DNA of 63,837 nt, the filler included, from an uncultured virus (IMG/VR IMGVR_UViG_2061766007_004299) (Duplodnaviria > Heunggongvirae > Uroviricota > Caudoviricetes). It is 3 parts of one record of this genome, joined end to end, with 100 filler letters (N's around TTAATTAATTAA, not from the genome) between each part and the next. Parts side by side here need not be neighbours in the genome. Positions count along the whole stretch, not along the records: positions 33,381 to 63,837 come from IMGVR_UViG_2061766007_004299; 2 more parts are not named here. One strand, given 5' to 3'. The position numbers and the translations under genes were made by a program. Below are positions 53,112-63,837 of the stretch, in pieces. Within the stretch, counting starts at the first letter, position 1. Every line of letters begins with the position of its first letter. A model generated the notes under the pieces. It was not told the DNA's origin and did no database searches. It saw nothing but the letters and a program-made list of their open reading frames with translations.

Positions 53112-56100
53112 ATGGCTGGCAGAATTCAAGGTATTACTGTTGAGATTGGCGGCGATACCACAAAACTGACCACTGCATTGCAGGGTGTCAATAAAGAAAT
53201 CAAAAGCACGCAGTCTCAGCTGAAAGATGTCGAAAAACTGCTGAAGCTTGATCCCTCCAACACCGAGCTGATCACACAGAAACAGCGCCTCCTGGGAGAC
53301 GCCATCAAGGAGACCAAGGAGAAGCTCTCCACCCTGAAGACAGCGGCGGAGCAGGCCAATGAGCAGCTGCAGAAGGGTGAGATCACCCAGGAACAGTACG
53401 ATGCACTGCAGCGGGAGATCCAGGAAACGGAGCAGGCGCTGAAGACCTTGGAATCCCAGGCTTCTTCCACCAACGCCACCCTGGCGAAGATCGAAGAGGT
53501 CGGGGGCAAGTTTGAAAAGGTCGGCCAGTCCATCACCAGTGCGGGCAAGACCCTCACGACCCATGTGACGACGCCCATTGTGGCGGCAGGCGCAGCGGCG
53601 GTAAAGACGGCCGCAGACTTCGATGAAGGCATGTCAAAGGTCTCCGCCATTTCTGGTGCGACCGGAGAAGACCTGCAGTCCCTCCGGGATAAAGCCCGCG
53701 AGATGGGTGCCAAGACAAAGTTCTCCGCAACCGAGGCCGCATCTGCTTTCGAGTATATGGCCATGGCAGGCTGGAAAACCGGTGATATGGTTTCCGGTAT
53801 CGACGGCATTATGAGCCTGGCAGCAGCTTCCGGTGAAGATCTGGCGACAACCTCGGATATCGTAACCGACGCCCTGACCGCTTTCGGCTTGAAGGCAGAG
53901 GATTCCGGTCATTTCGCGGACATCCTGGCGGCGGCAAGCTCGAATGCGAACACCAACGTCAGCATGATGGGTGAAACCTTCAAGTACTGTGCGCCTATCG
54001 CAGGTGCGCTGGGGTTCTCCGCAGAAGACACAGCTGAGGCCATCGGCCTCATGGCCAACAGTGGTATTAAGGGCAGTCAGGCCGGTACAGCGCTTCGTAC
54101 CATCATGAATAACCTGACCGGCGAGGTAAAGCTCTCCGGTAAAGCATTCGGTGATGTGACCATTCAGACCACCAATGCGGATGGATCCATGCGAGGGCTG
54201 ACGGATATCCTGGGCGACTGCCGGGGCGCGTTTGCCCAGATGACCGAATCCGAGAAGGCGCAGGCGGCAGAAGCTCTGGTAGGCAAGAACGCCATGTCCG
54301 GCTTCCTTGCCCTGATGAACGCTGCACCGGAAGATATCGAAAAACTGTCCTCCTCCATTGATACCTGCTCCGACACCTTTGTGAAGACCAAGGACGGTGC
54401 GATCATCCCCATGTCCGAGGCCCTGGAGAAGGGGATCGAGTGGGTGGAAGAGTACAACGGCGTCTCTGAAAAGATGGCTGCAACGATGCAGGACAACCTG
54501 AAGGGTCAGCTCACCATCCTGAAATCTCAGTTGGAGGAGCTGGCCATTTCCTTTGGCGAATTGCTCATGCCCGCCATCCGCGCCGTGGTTTCCAAGGTTC
54601 AAGCCTTCGTGGATAAGCTCAATGGTATGAGCGAGGCACAAAAGAAAACGATTCTGAAAGTCGCTGCCCTGGCTGCTGCAATCGGCCCGCTGCTGGTGGT
54701 ACTGGGGACGGTCGTTACCAAGGTCGGTACAGCCATGAAGGGATTTGCCCAGCTGGGCAAGGGCGTGCTGAAAGTCACGAGCGCCGTGAAGAAATCCGGA
54801 GGAGTTTTCAAAGCGCTGAAGGTGGCCCTCGGTGGTGTGTCCGGAACGGTGCTGGCGGTTGTCGCTGTGATTGCTGTTCTGGTTGCGGCTTTTGTGAACC
54901 TCTGGAAGAACAACGAGGAGTTCCGCAATAAGATCATTGCAATCTGGGAAGGGATCAAGGCCAAGTTCCAGGCCTTTGCCCAGGGAATCACCGACCGGCT
55001 CAATGCCCTCGGCTTTGACTTTAAAAACATTACCGAAGTTCTGAAAGCCATCTGGGATGGTTTCTGTCAGGTGCTGGCTCCCGTTTTCGAGGCGGCTTTT
55101 GAAGTAATCTCTACGGTCCTCGGTACCGTACTGGATGTGCTGACCGGCCTGTTCGATGTGTTTGCCGGGATCTTCACCGGAAACTGGGAGCAGGCGTGGA
55201 CNNNNNNNNNNCGGCACAGACTGGGATACGGTATGGACGAGCGTGAAGACCTTTTTCGTCAATACCTGGAACAGTATCAAGACGTTTTTCACGAACGCGA
55301 TCAATGGCATCAAGTCGGTGGCGACCACGGTATGGAATGCTATCTCTGGTTTCTTTACGACGGTGCTGACCACGATCAAAACGACCTTTACTACGGTATG
55401 GACGGCGATAAAGACCTTCGTCACGAATGCCTGGAATGGGATCAAAACGACGGCCACCACGGTTTGGAACGGAATCAAGGCCTTCTTCACCGGGGTGCTG
55501 AACGGCATTCAGACAATCTTCTCAACCGTGTGGAATGCCATCAAGACGGTAGTCACCACAGTGGTGAACGGCATCAAAACCCACATTTCGGCCGTCTGGA
55601 ATACGATCAAAACTGTGATCTCTACCATAATGACCGCGATTTCCACGGTGATTTTTACGGCCTGGAATACGATCAAGGCTAATGTGACAGCCGTGGTGAA
55701 CGGAATCAAAACGGTCGTCACAACGGTATGGAATACCATAAAAACCGTGGTTTCTACAGTGGTCAATACGATCAAAACCATCATCACAACGGTATGGAAC
55801 GCGATCAAGGGCACCGTAGATACTGTTTCGAACGGGATCAANNNNNNNNNNCACGGTATGGAATACCATAAAGACCGTGGTTTCTACAGTGGTCAATACG
55901 ATCAAAACCATTATCACAACAGTATGGAACGCGATCAAGGGCACCGTAGATACTGTTTCGAACGGGATCAANNNNNNNNNNCGGCATCAAAACCGTAATC
56001 ACGACCGTGTGGAACGCCATCAAGGCAACCGTCACCACGGTACTGAATGGAATAAAAACCGTCATTACCAACGCCTGGAACACGATCAAAACTGTGGTCA

Positions 56101-58849
56101 CCACAGTGGTCAATGCCATAAAAACCGTGATNNNNNNNNNNGTCCGGGCAGATGACGGTATGGGGTGCCATAAAAACGGTCATCTCCACGATCATTAATA
56201 CCATCAAGACCATCATCACGACTGTCTGGAATGCCATTAAGACGGTGGTCACAACCGTCATGTCCGGCATCTCCACAGTGATTTCCACGGTCTGGGGTAC
56301 CATCAAGACGGTGGTCACGAATACGGTGAATGGCATCAAGACCGTGATCACGACCGTGTGGAACGCCATCAAGACGACCGTCACTACAGTGGTGAACGGG
56401 ATCAAAACGGTCATTACCAACGCCTGGAATACGATCAAAACTGTGGTCACCACAGTGGTCAATGCCATAAAAACCGTGATTTCTACCGTATGGAATGGCA
56501 TTAAGACGACAGTGACGACCATCGGGAATGGCATCAAAACCACGGTCACTACAGCCTGGAACGGAATCAAGAGCACCGTTACCACAGTAGCCAATGGCAT
56601 CAAGACCGGCGTAACTACGGCTTGGAACGGGATGAAGACGGCTGTTACGACGGCGACTTCTGCTCTGAAAACCGGGGTAACCACAGCCTGGAATGGACTG
56701 AAAACTGGTGTCACGATGACGGTGAATGCGCTGAAGACCGGCGTTACTACCGCGTGGAATGGTCTGAAGTCCTCAGTCTCTACGACGATGACCAGCCTGA
56801 AAACGACGGTATCTACGGCATGGACAAGCCTGAAAAGTTCTGTCACCACAACGGTCAACGGCCTGAAGACCAGTGTCACGACCGCGTGGAACGGGCTGAA
56901 ATCCTCGGTGACCAGCGCCATGAACAGCCTGAAATCCTCTGTCGTCAGCGCATGGAACTCCCTGAAAACCAGCGTCATCAGCACGGTCAATTCGCTGAAA
57001 TCCAGCGTTACCTCTGCATGGAACGGTCTGAAGTCTACAGTCACCTCTGCGGTGAATGGTCTGAAGACCAGCGTGACGACCGCCTGGACGAATGTGAAAA
57101 CTTCTGTCACCAACACGGTGAGTAGTTTGAGCACTTCGATCTCTTCGACCTTCCAGAGCATTGTCTCCACCATCAGCAGCAAGGCGACCAGCATTAAGAA
57201 TTCGATTACAAACGCTTTCGCCAACGCAAAAACGGCTGTCAGCGGTGTGATCTCCTCGGCAGCTTCCTGGGGCTCCGATCTGGTGAGCAACATTGCTTCC
57301 GGTATCAGCGGAGCCATCGACAAGGTGAAAAACGCGGCATCGTCTGTAGCAAGCGCAATCCGGAACTTCCTGCACTTCTCCGTGCCGGATACCGGTCCTC
57401 TGGCGGACATGCAGAGCTGGATGCCAGACTTCATGACGAACCTGGCGAGTGGCATCAGCGGGAATGTGTCTCTGGTGGAGTCGGCGGCCAATGGGCTGGC
57501 AAGTACACTGTCTACGAGCATTCAAAACTCCATGACAGCGGTACAGACGGCATACACCAATGCCTGGACGCAGATCGCAACAAGTACCTCCACAGCGGCA
57601 ACGCAGGTGACCACAGCCGTGAAAACTGCCTGGACACAGGTGCAGACGGCAACGACACAAAGCTGGCAGCAGATTGGGCAGGTTGTCACGCAGGGCATGA
57701 GCCAGATCCAGAGCGGCATTTCCAAAGTGTCCTCTTCGATCAAACAGGTCATGAGCACAGCCTGGAACGGTACCGGCAGCAATACTTCCTCCATGTGGAA
57801 GCAGATGCAGCAGACCGTTAATACGACTTGCACGGCGATGCGGTCCACAGTCACCACGGCAACCGGCGTGATCAAAAACACGATCGCCAATGTCTGGACG
57901 GCTGTGAACAGCAACACGACCACCAGCTGGAACAATGTGAAGAATACGATCACAACAGCCTGCAGCAATATCCGCTCCACGGTGGANNNNNNNNNNCGTG
58001 AAGAATACGATTACAACAGCCTGCAGCAATATCCGCTCCACGGTGGATACGGCAATGGGCGTGATCAAAAACACGGTGGCCAATACCTGGACGGCGATCA
58101 ATTCCAATACCAGCACGAGCTGGGCAACGATCAAAACGACCATCACTACGGCTCTTGACGCGATGAAAACCGCAGTCACGAACGCGATGACGGCCATAAA
58201 GACCTCGTTCACCAACGCCTTCACGGATATTGCGAGCACGGTCCAGACCAAGATGGCGACGGCCAACACCAATATGACCTCAGCCCTCAACACGATGAAG
58301 ACCAATGTGAGCAGCGCTTGTACGGCGATTGCCAGTAGCTGCAGTTCCATTCTGGGCGGCATCTCCAATTCCGCATACGGCTGGGGGCAGGACATCTGCA
58401 TCGAGATGGCAAGAGGTATCAACAACAATGCGTATCGAGTAACCAGTGCAGCGAGGAGTCTCGCAAAAAGTGTAGACGATATCCTGGGCTTCTCGGTTCC
58501 TGAGGAAGGACCGTTATCTCATGCTGATGAGTATATGCCCGACTTCATGGAACTATTGGCAAAGGGCATCAAGAATAGTAAACGCGTGCTGCTGAATACC
58601 GTCCGGGATTTGTCCGGTACAATCGGTGCTGCCTTTACCGGACTTTCCGTTCCGGAGATCAGCGGAGCTCAGCTTGCGATGGCCGGGGCAGGTGGCGGCG
58701 GGGTGACAAACAATCGCAACGTGACGATCAACGGTCTCTCCGTTAATGTCAACGGCTATGAGGCCAAGAATGACAATGATCTGGCGGATACCATTGTCCA
58801 CCGGATCAACGACATGCTGAATGAGGACGGCTCGGTGTGGGGTAAGTAA
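53112..58849 (+). CDS. Tape measure protein (gapped in the repeat region)
   Basis: AGRIQGITVEIGGD start; TP901-type core (FEYMAMAGW, GIKGSQAGT); periodic Trp repeats TVWNAIK. Confidence 0.93.
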
Positions 58850-58912
58850 CCCTTCGCCGGGTCGTTCTTGGAATCCAGAAGAAAATTTTACTGTTTGGTC
58901 ATAAAATAACCC

Positions 58913-58954
58913 TTGCAAATTAGCTAAAACGGAGTATACTTAAAGTAGCTAATT
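58913..58954 (+). promoter_or_regulatory. TA promoter with inverted operator
   Basis: TTGCAA-N16-TATACT; AATTAGCTA (58918) / TAGCTAATT (58946). Confidence 0.65.
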
Positions 58955-58975
58955 CGGAAAGCGAGGTGTAATGCA

Positions 58976-59224
58976 ATGATCGGAACGACAGCTACGGCAA
59001 CTGCTACCGAGATGCAGAACAACTTTGGCAGATATTTGTCCCTGGTTATGGACGGTATTGAGGTCATCGTCACAAAAAACGGAAGAGAAGTTGGGCGGTT
59101 CCTTCCCAAAGACGCCACAGTATCGTATCTGACAGATTCCTTGACAGGTATTCTGAAAGGCGATACTGATCTTGATCAGGCTAAGGAAGAGAGGCTGAGA
59201 GAAAAGTATGCGGTTACTGATTGA
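58976..59224 (+). CDS. Phd/YefM-family antitoxin
   Basis: TATEMQNNFGRYLSLV...VIVTKNGREV. Confidence 0.88.
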   Translation: MIGTTATATATEMQNNFGRYLSLVMDGIEVIVTKNGREVGRFLPKDATVSYLTDSLTGILKGDTDLDQAKEERLREKYAVTD

Positions 59225-59615
59225 CGGAAACATTATTCTTGATGTCCTTCAGAATCGGGAGCCGCATGTAGTGGATTCGGCAAAAATCTGGAAATTGTGC
59301 GAGACAGATCAGGTTGAAGGATATGTATCTGGCCTGACTTTTTCAAATCTGGTCTACATTATGCGCAAGGAACTAAGTCCAGAGAAGATAAATGAAGTCT
59401 TCAAGAGCCTTGGATTGATCTTCCGGTTTACAGATTTGACTGTTTCAGATTTGGCCAAGGCCGCAGAACAACAGTGGGACGATTTTGAGGACGCATTACA
59501 GGCTGCTACAGCAGAACGCATCCATGCGGACAATATCATCACGAGAAATGTCAAGGATTTTAAGCAAAGTAAAATAGTTGCTTTTACGCCGACAGAGTTT
59601 CTGGCGAGGCTGTAA
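59208..59615 (+). CDS. PIN-domain (VapC-like) toxin
   Basis: LLIDGNIILD...DFEDALQ...IITRNVKDF. Confidence 0.9.
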   Translation: MRLLIDGNIILDVLQNREPHVVDSAKIWKLCETDQVEGYVSGLTFSNLVYIMRKELSPEKINEVFKSLGLIFRFTDLTVSDLAKAAEQQWDDFEDALQAATAERIHADNIITRNVKDFKQSKIVAFTPTEFLARL

Positions 59616-59637
59616 AGACGACACCACTAACACAGAG

Positions 59638-59669
59638 AAGCATCTTGGAGAAATCCAGGGTGCTTTTTT
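59638..59669 (+). terminator. Terminator after the TA module; RIT insertion site
   Basis: AAGCATCTTGGA-GAAA-TCCAGGGTGCTT followed by Ts. Confidence 0.78.
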
Positions 59670-59803
59670 CGTTATCCGAACCTTTGAAAAATCCGAACCT
59701 TTGACGAATATTCCTCTCTGCGCGAAGAATTGTATCTTTAAAGGTTCGGATTTTATTTTGGGTGTGTTATGCTTCGTTAAAAAACGAAGGAGGGTCATTA
59801 AAT

Positions 59804-60714
59804 ATGGCTAATGAAGCAAGACACATTCAACCGGTAGGGACTAAAAGAGGCGCCTACTCAAAATTGAATCCCCAATTCGCTGAAATTGTGGATTATTTTT
59901 GTTCTTTCGAAGAAGATGTTGCGAGATTATCCGATTCCTCAATTCGCAGTTCAGCATCAAAAGGAACGCAGTTTCTTTACTACCTTCAAAAGAAAGGACT
60001 TATGTCTTTTGATGACGTTAAAGAGGATGATGTCGTTAGTTTCTTTGTCAAGGATGGGAAGCCGGTATACGAGACAAGCTACCGATATCGTCTTTCTGAA
60101 TTCTTTGAAGCTGTGTCAGGAAAGTACCCTGAGCTGAGTACTTTAAGCGCATGGCTGCCTTACGTCAGGGTTACCCGAAAAAACATACAGTATCTCACAA
60201 ATGAGGAAGTTTACCTTATCAAGAATGCCTGCGCTTCTGCCGAGTCAGATTTACCTCTGCTTTGCCGGGCAGTAGTATTGCTTTTGCTTTACACCGGTCT
60301 ACGTGGATGTGATATCGCCGCGCTTACGTTGGAATCTATTTTGTGGGAATCATCCATGATCAGTCTTGTCCAGAAAAAAACTTCGGTTCCCTTGACGATA
60401 CCTTTGCCCACTGTCGTCGGAAATGCGCTTTATGACTATCTGGAAGAAGAGAGAAAATCGGATTCGCGAAGTTTTTTTATTACAGCAACAGGTAAGGATT
60501 TCAAGTCAAGTGACGTATCACACTGCGTCAAAAAAGTGTTTATGGCAGCCGGGATACGCCAGAACAAGGGAGACCGTCAAGGATCCCATATTTTCAGGCA
60601 TCATCTGGCAACCAGCCTTCTTGAACACGAAGTCGCACAGCCGGTTATATCACAGATTCTTGGTCATACAGACCCTGTTTCCATACAGGCTTACCTCAGT
60701 GCTGACATGAAGCA
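59804..60714 (+). CDS. Tyrosine recombinase, RitA position (3' end in gap)
   Basis: YTGLRGCD, HIFRH, LGH, QAY. Confidence 0.9.
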
Positions 60715-61239
60715 NNNNNNNNNNNNNNNNNNNNNNNNNNNNNNNNNNNNNNNNNNNNNNNNNNNNNNNNNNNNNNNNNNNNNNNNNNNNNNNNNNNNNN
60801 NNNNNNNNNNNNNNNNNNNNNNNNNNNNNNNNNNNNNNNNNNNNNNNNNNNNNNNNNNNNNNNNNNNNNNNNNNNNNNNNNNNNNNNNNNNNNNNNNNNN
60901 NNNNNNNNNNNNNNNNNNNNNNNNNNNNNNNNNNNNNNNNNNNNNNNNNNNNNNNNNNNNNNNNNNNNNNNNNNNNNNNNNNNNNNNNNNNNNNNNNNNN
61001 NNNNNNNNNNNNNNNNNNNNNNNNNNNNNNNNNNNNNNNNNNNNNNNNNNNNNNNNNNNNNNNNNNNNNNNNNNNNNNNNNNNNNNNNNNNNNNNNNNNN
61101 NNNNNNNNNNNNNNNNNNNNNNNNNNNNNNNNNNNNNNNNNNNNNNNNNNNNNNNNNNNNNNNNNNNNNNNNNNNNNNNNNNNNNNNNNNNNNNNNNNNN
61201 NNNNNNNNNNNNNNNNNNNNNNNNNNNNNNNNNNNNNNN

Positions 61240-61847
61240 TATGTGATCATATCAACGTACGGAACAATCGTAAAGACTGGCTTGTAAAAAAGCTGATCCT
61301 TTGTGTGATTTTCCGTCTCATGTATTGCACGGGTTTAAGACCCAAGGAAGCCAGGATGCTCAAGAAAAACGAAGTGGATCTTGAACATGGTGTCCTGAAC
61401 ATTATTGAAACAAAAGGGCATGACCAGCATTATGTTGCTGTTCATGAGAGCATGATCATCATAATGCGCGAGTACGACCGGAGGATGGAAGAACTGATAC
61501 CGGAAAGGGTATATTTCTTTCCCCGCAAAAAAGATGGTTACAGATCGCAGAAATGGCTGAGGGAAAACTTCGCAGATCTTTGGAAGACTGCTAACCCGGC
61601 CGTACATGCCATCTCATATGATTTCCGCCACAATTATGCCACGGTCAATATCAACAAGTGGATGGATCTGGGTTTTGATTTTTACGACAAACTTTATTAC
61701 CTCAGCAAGAGCATGGGGCATTGCAGTGTTGAACATACAAAATACTATTATTCAATAGTACCACGCATGTCAGAAATCCTGGAGGAAAAGAGCGGAGCGA
61801 GCTTTGAGGAACTTGTGCCGGAGGTGATGGACGATGAAATCTGGTAA
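61240..61847 (+). CDS. Tyrosine recombinase, RitB position (5' end in gap)
   Basis: YCTGLRPKE, YDFRHNYA, MGH, KYY. Confidence 0.88.
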
Positions 61848-62868
61848 AGAAGCGAGATTCCTGTCAAAATCCGTTTCCGAGTTTATATCGGTGTATGCTC
61901 CCGCACATTTGACTGATAGTGAAAATACTCTGAAATCCTATCAGGTGACATTGGGCAAATATCTTGGTTTCCTCGAGGACGACAAAGGTTTTAGCATACA
62001 GACTATTTCCGCAGAATGTTTTGAAAAGCAGGTTATAGAAGAATGGATGCGGCACATGAGAAACATAGAGCGCCTTTCTCCGGACACATGCAACATCAGA
62101 CTTGGTGGGTTAAGGACATATTTGAAATATCTGGGCACCAGGGAGGTCAAATACAAGTACTTGTATTCTGAGGCCATTGATATCCCATTAATGAAAACTG
62201 AAAAGAAAAAAGTGTCCGGACTGAGCAAAAAGGCCGTAAAGACATTAATGACCGCGCCGAATCAATCTACCCCTGCTGGAAGAAGAGATCTTGTATTTAT
62301 GATAATCGCTTACGGAACAGCAGCCAGAATGTCAGAAATACTTTCCATAAAAGTCGGACACTTGTTTTTGGATGGCTCTAAACCTCATGTGACCGTCATT
62401 GGAAAAGGCGGCAAAGTAAGAACCCTCTATCTTCTCCCAAAAGCTGTCGCTCACATAAGAAAGTATCTCAATACAGCCCATGGCGAGAATCCGGATCCGG
62501 AAAGATTTCTATTCTATTCTAGAAACGGAAGCAAAGAAGAACGGATTAGTTCCAAAGCAATAGAAAAGCGTCTGCGTATGTATGCCGAAAAAGCCCATGA
62601 GAAATGCAGTGATGTTCCGTTGGACCTTCACGCACATCAATTCCGCCATGCACGTGCTTCACATTGGCTTGAGGAGGGAATGAATGTAGTGGAAATATCC
62701 GTTTTACTTGGTCATGAACAGCTGGCAACAACAATGCGTTATCTGGACATCAGTACGGCTGATCAGATAAAAGCAATGGCGACATTAGAAGACGAAAACA
62801 ACTCCAAAGTAAGCGCCAAATGGAAAAACAATAACGGCAGTCTTAAGTCTTTGGTTACCAGACAGTAA
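61834..62868 (+). CDS. Tyrosine recombinase, RitC position
   Basis: YGTAARMSE, GKGGK, HQFRH, LGH, MRY. Confidence 0.92.
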   Translation: MKSGKEARFLSKSVSEFISVYAPAHLTDSENTLKSYQVTLGKYLGFLEDDKGFSIQTISAECFEKQVIEEWMRHMRNIERLSPDTCNIRLGGLRTYLKYLGTREVKYKYLYSEAIDIPLMKTEKKKVSGLSKKAVKTLMTAPNQSTPAGRRDLVFMIIAYGTAARMSEILSIKVGHLFLDGSKPHVTVIGKGGKVRTLYLLPKAVAHIRKYLNTAHGENPDPERFLFYSRNGSKEERISSKAIEKRLRMYAEKAHEKCSDVPLDLHAHQFRHARASHWLEEGMNVVEISVLLGHEQLATTMRYLDISTADQIKAMATLEDENNSKVSAKWKNNNGSLKSLVTRQ

Positions 62869-63066
62869 TAATAAATCCGAACCTTTTTCTGGAGAGACAG
62901 ACCGTACTACTGTACTCCAAATGAAAAGGTTCGGATTTTTCAAAGGTTCGGATAAAGAAAAAAATCAGAAGGTTCGGATTTTTTTCGTGCCCATAATTCG
63001 ATACTGGTTACGGCTAAAATCCGATGCGATCTTATTTTGGCCGAGATTGTAGAAAGGAGGATCCCA

Positions 63067-63837
63067 ATGCAGAGAATACCGGTCCTGAGCGAAACGGATA
63101 TGTCGCTCTTTGAACTGAAAACCAGATATGTCCGCAACTATCTGACCTTTGCAGGGAAGAACAGCAAGGACTATCTGCTCTATATCTCCGGCCCCGGTGT
63201 GTACGACAGTCCGGCGGTAGATGTGGAGTTGCAGACCATCCCCGGCAAGAACGGAGACCTGATCCGGGATAACGCCAAGGCAGGAGAGCACCGGTATAAG
63301 AATCTGGATATCACCTACGATGCCTTCTTCTTTGACGGACTGGCACCAAGGACAGCATCCGTGAAGAGTTGGCTCCTTTCACCGGCAGGCTATCAGATCC
63401 TTCATGACACCTACGATCCGGATTTCTTCCGCATGGGTATCTGCAAGGAAGCCATCGCCTTTGAGCCGAAAAGAGGCAAGGGTGCGACGATGAAGCTGGT
63501 GTTCCACTGCCAGCCCCAGCGCTGGAGCGTGGACGGACAGCGAAAGCTGATTCTGACAAGAGAAACCACCATCAAGAATCCCTTTGAGTTCCATGCCAAA
63601 CCCATCATCCGCGTCTATGGCAGCGGTGCAGGTAATGTGTATATCGGGGATCAGGTTATCCAGATCCTTCAAAACGACGGATATGTTGATCTGAACTGTG
63701 AGACTCACAACGCCTATGATGCTTCCGGTTTCTGCAATGAATATGTGAAGAGCGAGGACTTCCCGGACCTGAAGCCGGGAAAGAACCATATCGCCTGGAG
63801 CGGGGCCATTGACCATGTGGAGATCACACCGAGGTGG
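63067..63837 (+). CDS. Distal tail protein (Dit-like), runs off the window
   Basis: RBS AAAGGAGG; open frame MQRIPV...YLTFAGKNSKD...IPGKNGD...FHCQP...LKPGKN...ITPRW. Absent from the ORF track because it has no stop in the window. Confidence 0.82.
   Translation, partial: MQRIPVLSETDMSLFELKTRYVRNYLTFAGKNSKDYLLYISGPGVYDSPAVDVELQTIPGKNGDLIRDNAKAGEHRYKNLDITYDAFFFDGLAPRTASVKSWLLSPAGYQILHDTYDPDFFRMGICKEAIAFEPKRGKGATMKLVFHCQPQRWSVDGQRKLILTRETTIKNPFEFHAKPIIRVYGSGAGNVYIGDQVIQILQNDGYVDLNCETHNAYDASGFCNEYVKSEDFPDLKPGKNHIAWSGAIDHVEITPRW

Larger units (their letters stand above)
59672..62988 (+). mobile_element. RIT (recombinase-in-trio) element
   Basis: Three tandem tyrosine recombinases; perfect 31-bp inverted repeats at 59672..59702 and 62925..62955; more AT-rich than the flanking phage genes. 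Confidence 0.88.

Noticed and set aside
55212..57240. Periodic DNA repeats
   Set aside because: They encode the ordinary Trp-periodic helical repeats of the tape measure protein.
308..58045. Many near-identical direct repeats suggesting DGR template/variable repeats or tandem duplications
   Set aside because: The copies abut N gaps, the differences I inspected are mostly synonymous and not adenine-specific, and no reverse transcriptase is in the window. Co-assembled alleles explain them.
53634..58428. Long minus-strand ORFs (also 2679..3815, 4119..5513, 18639..19976)
   Set aside because: These are shadow frames of well-supported plus-strand genes with no recognisable motifs.
1..63837. tRNA/rRNA genes, prophage integrase, att sites and lysis genes
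   Set aside because: None was recognisable. The three recombinases belong to the RIT element, and the prophage continues beyond the window.

Overview
The window is most of a temperate siphovirus-like prophage from an anaerobic Firmicute (Clostridia-like gene content). From left to right it holds: a Y-family polymerase fragment, a LexA/CI-like repressor and a divergent ImmA-type protease; a sigma-region-4 regulator; a replication module (DUF2800 nuclease, DUF2815 SSB, PolA, DUF932, VRR-NUC, SNF2 helicase, orphan MazF, primase-helicase); MetK, HNH and a probable cos region; a long cargo region (NrdD/NrdG, ThyX, ParB-methyltransferase, amidoligase with two gamma-glutamylcyclotransferases, small ORFs); HK97-type head and long-tail genes; a Phd-PIN toxin-antitoxin moron; a three-tyrosine-recombinase RIT element; and a distal tail gene running off the end. 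The assembly is fragmented: many 10-N gaps are flanked by near-duplicate alleles (at least three variants at one locus), one contig is inverted, and two TTAATTAATTAA scaffold linkers are present, so many gene boundaries are composite. The most interesting signals are non-coding. (1) A fixed-geometry promoter cassette (TTGT...CTTGCTATT-N10-AGAGTGAT plus a short hairpin) heads six distinct cargo units of mostly unknown small genes. (2) A second 39-bp motif occurs three times at operon starts, the first directly behind the sigma-like gene. (3) There are two large structured leader RNAs. (4) The RIT element has resolvable ends inside a terminator. All assignments come from motif recognition; no database search was run.
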